Below are positions 57,211-64,000 of a stretch of DNA of 64,000 nt, piece after piece; position 1 is the stretch's first letter; each line of letters opens with the position of its first letter. A model generated the notes under the pieces. That model was not told where the DNA came from, did not search any database, and saw only the letters and a list, made by a program, of their open reading frames with translations. The DNA is taken from the NCBI GenBank assembly GCA_000708835.1, contig DF237083.1, positions 1 to 64,000 on the forward strand, read 5' to 3'. The stretch comes from Klebsormidium nitens (lineage: Eukaryota; Plantae; Klebsormidiophyceae). The position numbers and the translations under genes are program-made.

Positions 57211-59806
57211 ATGGCGTCCGGTAAGCGGGTCTTGTGCGCAATCGATGGCTCTGAAGGGTCCGAACAAGCGTTCAGATTTGCGGCTGAGAAGTTGGCAACG
57301 GGCCCAGGCGACTCGCTGATACTGTTTCAGGCGGTCACGGCTTTGGATGGTAAGTTCCCTTTGCGTTCACCATACCATTATGACGCAATGTGTGTCTGAC
57401 GCCTGACCTAGTATCAAGTGGTCAATTGCTTTGATTGCTATTCAGGTTGGTTTGGATTCAAATGCGAGGTGCCTTCTAGGGCCATCTTTTGTTGCGCAAA
57501 TGATTACATACGCCCCACAAAAGCTCTGTTCAGCAGGACACAAGCTTGTCTTCAAAAGTTTGATGTCTCTTGTACCTTATCGGAAATCTCCCAGCTCCAC
57601 TGATCTCCCCATGATAGCTATATTATCTTGGAACTCGAGGGAGTTTCAGCTGTAGCCGCTATTATAGTATGCACTAGACTACAATCCCTTTCAACTCCAG
57701 CAAAAAGACTGCAGCAAGAAAATGTTGTCAGAGGAAACAGCTCTAAAGGCCGACCCTTCACACAAAGGCTTTGCCTCAAGTGTAGCTCGATTGGACAGGC
57801 CTGAGTATCTTGTTGCCTTAAAAAGCTGAGAGTCTCAAAAGAATGTCAAAAAAGGGACAGTCAAGAAGAAGCATGCTCTCTTTTTTGTACTAGTCAAAAG
57901 AAGGAAGACGCTTTGATGGGCAGTCTCTTCTTGGATAGACCTCATACATGCTGCTCCTGGGAACCAGATTTGGAAGAACTAGGGATCACTTTCTGTTTGC
58001 ACTTACTCGTGGAGCTTGCATACTAACTCAAGGCCCTGAACGTTGTCAGACATATTGCAAAAAGTAGATTATCCAAACATTAAGCACCAGGGGCTTTCTT
58101 TGCAAGCAAAGCCTTTCCTCCCGCGACCTATGCCGTTTTCTTGGCGTGTCCATCTTGTTCTCAAAGCAGCTTGGTTGGTACGACTCTAGATATCTGGCAC
58201 CAGACTGTCTGACATGTAAGCTTTCCTCTTTTGCAGAATACGATGACGTCGTGGGTCTGCACATCTTGACGGAGCAGCAACGAGACATCATGCAGAGCCG
58301 CCTCAACAGCGAACGCATCGAGAGCCTGGAGAAGCTCCGAGAGGGCCTGAAGGTGCGTAACTACTTTTTTCCGTCAGCAATCTAAGATTTGAAGATAAAA
58401 CGCTCTTTGGAAATCAAATGCTATTCTGTTCTTTTCCTGCAGGGGAACTTTAGATGATATGTTTAGCTGTTCGAGTTTGTATGTATGTGCGCGAGACTTT
58501 TGTCAAAACAGAGGGTGGTCTCCTGTTTTGTAAAGAGGCAGTCAGGCCCATTTGGGGCGATAGGAAAAGAAGGAACAAAGGAGCCGGAGTAATAGAGAGC
58601 GTTTTGGGCCGCATGCGCGGCACAACAGGTATCGATGTACGTTTGAAAGCGCGCGGACGAACAAAAGCACAAAAGCTGTTGCTCGACCAGTGAGCCAATC
58701 AGGGCACACAGAAAGGAGATAAGAGTTCCGGTGGTCTCTTAGGCCCAGTTCAGTGCTTCACGCACTTTGCACAATATATGGAACTAAGGTGCTGCCGCTT
58801 GAGTCGAGCCGTAAAGTGCTGGTGCGCTTCTTTTTGCACTGCTCAAGTCAGCCGCACCTTCTCTCAGTCAATCCAAACAGAATCTAGGCGGAGATGCTTT
58901 GACTGGAGACGTTGTGGGCGATACATAGACTCTCGAAAGAAGAATTCTACGAATCTTAAAGTTTCCTTAAGACACCACTACTGGTCGACTGTCTGTCGTT
59001 GCGGCTTGCTGACCAGGGTAAGTTGGGCAGGGCGACTTACAAGCAGTATTCTCGTACCATAAGTCGCCGGAAGGGAAAGTTCGCTGGGCATTTCCTTTCA
59101 AACGCCTCCTCGCTCAATCCTCGCAGGTTGACAGCGAGATCGTTGTGATTCCGGGGGATCCCCGGACGGTGATCCCTGAGTACGTCGCGAGTCACCCGGT
59201 TGACGTGGTCGTGGTGGGCACTCGGGGGCTCAACAAGTTGCAAACGTGAGTCTATTTTTGAAGTTATTTTCTTGGTTTCCCAACAGTTCATCCGAATTCG
59301 GTTGTTCGGTCCGGCTTTCGTTTTGCGTTTCCCTCTTGCTTCTGCTCACGCTTTGCTGTTGCTCTATTTTATCTTCGTACTTTGGCTGTGACTCTGCGTC
59401 CCCTTTCGTTGACGTAAGCGCCGCCGAAAGTTTCCTTAAGAAGTTGATTTAGAAGAGGAAATATACAAGCGAGCAACACAGTGGCAGCAGTCAATTGGCG
59501 TCAGAACACGAATCCTAATAGTAACATGAAAGCAAAGCGGTTCGCCACGATTGGAAGAAATTGGTATAAGCTTAGGATGCAAAACCTCCTCCAGAGGCTC
59601 TAAACCGTCCGTCTTAGCGTCTCCTTTTGCCTTGGCTATCAAATAACTTTGGCTGCGAACAGAACTGATAAGCTAGGATTGCTGGTTTCGTAAGTGACAC
59701 GTGCTCTTTCCTGATTCGCAGCATCTTCATGGGCAGCGTCAGTTCCCACCTAGTTCAGAATTGCACCGTTCCAGTGGTGATTGTTCCCCCGAGACCCAAA
59801 AAGTAG
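57211..59806 (+). CDS. Universal stress protein A-like (UspA domain), 152 aa
   Basis: Exons 57211-57349, 58237-58352, 59127-59245, 59722-59806. RVLCAIDGSEGS, GDPRTVI, intact ATP-binding G-2x-G-9x-GS motif (GTRGLNKLQTIFMGSVS), CTVPVVIV. Confidence 0.93.
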
Positions 59807-62231
59807 GTCAGAGGATGGACACGTTTATAGAACATTGGCAACACGTCATAGGCTATTGAAGACACGTCAAAATATTAAAAAGGCAGGTTCAGTCATCAAG
59901 GGGAAGAAACAGAAGCAAGGCGGCATTAGGATACTCAAATAGATGAGAGTTCTTAGAGAGGAACGAACCTAGAACTCAGTTGATTTGTAGGATTTTATAA
60001 CGGTTCAAGGTTCAAGCATTACCCTGTTCAGACGTTTGAGGAGACGCGTAGGGTCGAGTTACATGTGTGCTCGAACTGGTTAAGGAGACTGACTCGAAGT
60101 GGTGTCAGGAAGAGTTTCCAAGATGGGTGTCAAAGAGAGTACGTAGAGATCTTCTTTTCCGGACGAAGAAGATTACAAGGTCGAAGGGGTTTAAATCAGC
60201 GGGAGAGTAAGCTAAGGGACGACGTCATCAGGTAACGAATACGTTATAAGTTCTAGGAAAATGGCCAGAACCCGGCCAGAAAGCTTCACATGTTTCGGAA
60301 CGTTGACAAACATATAGCGGTTCTACCTGTCGTTCATAAGTCACGCGAAGCTATTCCAGAGTCGCATATACTTCCTTTCATGGGCGCTGTTTCGGTTGTG
60401 ACACGGATTCTCCTTGAAATCGAACGTCTTCAGGCGACTGCACCGCGAATCTGAACTGTATCTGGATTGTATCGTACTCGTTTGCCCATAAATCATTACT
60501 GCAAACTTAGGCTGCACAACAACATCGACGTTTGCAACCCGGTCTGCTGGGGGTCTGTCCCCCGGTCAGCATATACTTCACCAAATTGAGAACAAACTCG
60601 AAGCGCCCCCCCTTTTGGGCTCAGGAATACAACGGCTTTCCGCCCTCACTAAAAACACTGGGGACAGTAACCAGTTAGTACGCCTCAGAAAGGGATAAAC
60701 CGCTTCTAGACCAGCTTTCACAAACAGCGTTACTACTCTGCAGACGACTCGCGGGACGAAGCGTTATCAGTACGCAGGAAGACCCGTTATTGAGCTGTGT
60801 TCGTGTCTCCCACAGCAGTTGGTAACAAGAATCAGTGCTATTGTGCTACAGTGCTATATTGTAGTATAAGTATCAGATGGACGAGACGTCCTTTTAACTA
60901 GGTCCCATACTTGCGTTCAACTTACAGATGAGGGCAATGGCTGCCTGACATTTTGGCCAGCCTTTTGTAGAGGTGTGCCGGTCATGCAAGCTCCCAGTAC
61001 CAGGACCGTTGGACGGGGCTTAGGTACTTGAATTTCGCACACCTAGACGCGTTATCGCGATCCAAGAGGTCCGTCACTGACATCGGGATTGAAACCCTTC
61101 AAACCCTGCTTAGCGGCTAGGGCGGCCACGGCCGTGCCGGGAGGATTTGTTGCGGACGATCTATCATTGAGTTCTGTGTTGACACTGGACAGATCTGGGA
61201 CGCAAAATGCGGACATCTCCTGAAATCGCTCGGGGTGTTTTGCCCGGTGATAGCTAATCCAAGCAAGGCCTCACTTGAAACCGGGCAGAAAACAGTCTCC
61301 TACCGGGCAGTAGAATTCGGACGCCAAGTCTGGCCGCGGAAACAAACTCGTGGTCGCCAGGTTCCTGGATTTGCGGTTTGGCGCTGGGGCATCCGATTGC
61401 TTCTTCTCCTCTCTTTGGGAAAGTGCCCAGCTTTTGCTGCTGCAGTAGAAAGGTGCCATGGTGGTTGCCAGAGTCCAAGCTAAAGTGTTTGATGGTCATT
61501 GGCCATGATCACAGGCCAGATAGAAGGTGGGTGTGTTTCTCAAGTTCTCCTTGTGCTTTTAGCTTCTTCCTTGCAACCATTTGGAACCCTAGTTCTGAGT
61601 CGTGTATCTCACTTCTAATGTGACACGCTCCCTCTCGTTGTCAGTTCCTTCTGAAAAGATCAACCAAGCATGCTCTTCCGAGGCTCTTACAGGCATCTTT
61701 TCCCCGAAGATGGTGGAATAGCCATTCCCCAAAGAAGAAAGCCTCCTGTTTCCAATCCAGACTTTTCATGCGGAACCCTAAGGTCCTCTTATGGTGGTGA
61801 GCAACAAGGGACACGTGTCACCTTCCTTGGAAGGGACCAACCCCACAGCATTCTTCCCAGACTGCATTGCCGGCCTCGCTTCCATCACAGCATCTCTCCT
61901 AATACAGGATCCTGCCCTGTGATCTGCAGGCACCCCCTATCTACTGGTGGACTGAGAGCCTCTTGTTTGCAGCCTGCCAATCGGTGCTCGTTCACACTGG
62001 GCAGCCTAAAGGTTGACTTCTTCTTCTGAAGGGGCCCGTTGAAGCCGTTCCCACTCAAAAACCCTTTGGCCCAGTCCAAGAAAGGTGCCCCCCTGTTTGG
62101 TGTGAAGAAGCCCTGGTAGGGTCAGCTGATGTGAACAAGCCCGGAAACGAGCAGCTCAACGTGCGAGGCTCATGCAGAAAGGCCCAGTGTGAACAAGTGC
62201 ATTGCGAATAAGCGCTGGCTGACCCGGCACC

Positions 62232-64000
62232 ATGTGTGCAAAGGTGGCGCCGCTCCCGGGGGGGGTCCCCGGTGGGCCGTTTTACACCCCCTGCCAGCAC
62301 CTGCAGCTGTTCAAGCTGCACCGGGGGGCGGGGGCATATGACCTGCTGCCAGAGCTCTTGCAGAGGGGTGCGAATACCTCCCCACAGCGGTGTGAACACC
62401 CCGGGTGCTGCACTGGGCTTGGTAGGTTGTACTCGTGTTTGGCATGTGGGGGGGTGGGGTGCTGGGGGCCGAAAGAGCAGCATGCAAGGGAGCACGCTTT
62501 GCAGGGGGGTGGTCACGAGATAGCGGTCGACGTCCAGCGGAAAGTGCTGTTCTGTGGGGCGTGCGGGGACGTCGTTTACGACCCCGAGTTCGATGCGGTG
62601 GTCCGGGAGGGGTTGGCGGCGGATGTCAGCTACAGGGAAAAGTTGGAGAGCAACCAGGGGCGATACGATTTGCCGGCGGCGAACTTTCCCCGGCCAATCA
62701 AGCGGCGGAAAAAGATGGCCAAGCAAAAGGACTGGGACGGGGGGGCGATAGCTGGGGAGCGACCCATCACACCTGAATTGAGAAACGGGTTCCCGGCGGG
62801 CTTGAGGGGCCTGAATAACCTGGGAAACACGTGTTTTATGAACTCGGTGCTCCAGGCGTTGTTACACACCCCCCCGTTGCGGAACTACTTTCTGAACGAC
62901 CGGCATAACCGGGCGGTGTGCCAAAAAGATGGGGCGCGGAATTGTTTGGGGTGCGAAATGGATAGCATGTTCGGAGCGGCATTCTCGGGGAATCGCGCGC
63001 CTTTCAGCCCAGCGGACTTCCTCTACAGGTGGGTTTTAAAGAGAAAAGTCTAGGTAGCATTTAGGACTGGGTCTAAATGCCTCGCATGAGGACAAGCGAA
63101 CAGAAGAGGGCTTGCATTTGCCTCGCAAGAAATGTCTCAGGTTGCTTGGAAGCCTGCTCATGCTTTCTTAGCCAAACCATAACAAAGAACCGAGAGATAG
63201 AAGGGAACAATAGATAACAAACAGAAAAAGCACAGGGATGGGGATGGGAAAACTTTGGACGCCGCGTCGATGGGTAATGAATGTGGATGCTCATTTGTTT
63301 CAGCTAAGTGCAAGTTTCTTTGTAAACCCGTGTTTAGCTGGTGGTGTAATGAACTCATGGATCTTGCTGGGTGCGAGCTTTAGAACCCTGGAGTTCTGCT
63401 TTCATATCCATATCTTGAGGTGATTGTTCAAGCCCCATTTGTGCAGAGGCTGCCTCGCATACTGCTTCCCTCTTCCCTGACAGAATGCAGAGTCTTGGGG
63501 TAGTTAAAGCTCAGAACAAAGCAAGAAGCTGTCCGGCAGGTTGTCAATTCTCACAGCTCAGGCCGGCGCAGCTTTGATTTGGCTGCTGCAACGTTGCACT
63601 CTTACTTCGGTCTCAGTCTCTTTCTTTCTTTTTGAGGTATTTTGAGGAATTCCAAAAACCCATGTCGCAGCTCGGATCCTTGCTTATTCTGTCAGTGTCT
63701 TGCTGAACTCTGGTGTACTGCCTTGATAGCATCCCTGCACTCTTGGCTCGATTCCTTTGGCAACCGTTTCGCGGAACCAGCACTTCAAGACCCGGTCAGC
63801 ACGCCAGAGCTGTGAAGTTCAATACTCAGCCAGTGCTAACCCATATTCTAACCATCCACCACGCAGCCAGTGCTAACCCATATCTAACCATCTTTGCAGC
63901 TGGTGGCGACACGCGGAGGATCTGGCGGGGTATGAGCAGCAGGACGCGCACGAGTTCTTCATTTCGACGGTGGATGGAATTCATGCGAACGCTGGCACGA
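62232..64000 (+). CDS. UBP22: Ubiquitin carboxyl-terminal hydrolase 22 (SAGA DUB module), 5' part; runs off the window
   Basis: Exons 62232-63028 and 63900 to the window end. ZnF-UBP (CLACGGVGC...HAREH...HEIAVD...CGAC.D.VYD), Cys box [18 protein letters not shown], then [21 protein letters not shown]. Confidence 0.92.

Noticed and set aside
59810-62200. ORFs of 60-120 aa upstream of UBP22
   Set aside because: No homology signal, and an in-frame TGA lies just before the UBP22 ATG; probably intergenic or 5' UTR

Overview
Eukaryotic nuclear DNA, gene-dense and intron-rich with GT-AG introns, most like a streptophyte green alga (Klebsormidium-type; inference from gene content and divergence). 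I could splice 10 protein-coding genes by hand with consistent reading frames: a C2orf81/DUF4639-like protein, RHL1, a stearoyl-ACP desaturase, a PTS2 peroxisomal malate dehydrogenase, an RD21-like papain with granulin domain, an At3g12350-like F-box protein, a large MYND-finger protein with one frameshift, pTAC3/PAP1, a universal stress protein, and UBP22 (runs off the window end). There is also a poorly resolved Cys-rich gene at the start and a probable DNA-transposon-like inverted-repeat element around a 611-nt assembly gap. The most striking unexplained pattern is 'exon echoes': introns of at least five genes contain degenerate tandem copies (1-5 per junction, period about 37-190 nt) of the adjacent exon end together with its splice site, many with intact AG/GT. 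Copies of exon starts always lie upstream and copies of exon ends always lie downstream. Other leads are a Lys at the desaturase position equivalent to castor Asp280 (a regioselectivity determinant) and CpG-poor 5' versus CpG-rich 3' introns within single genes. All family calls come from motif recall, not from database searches.
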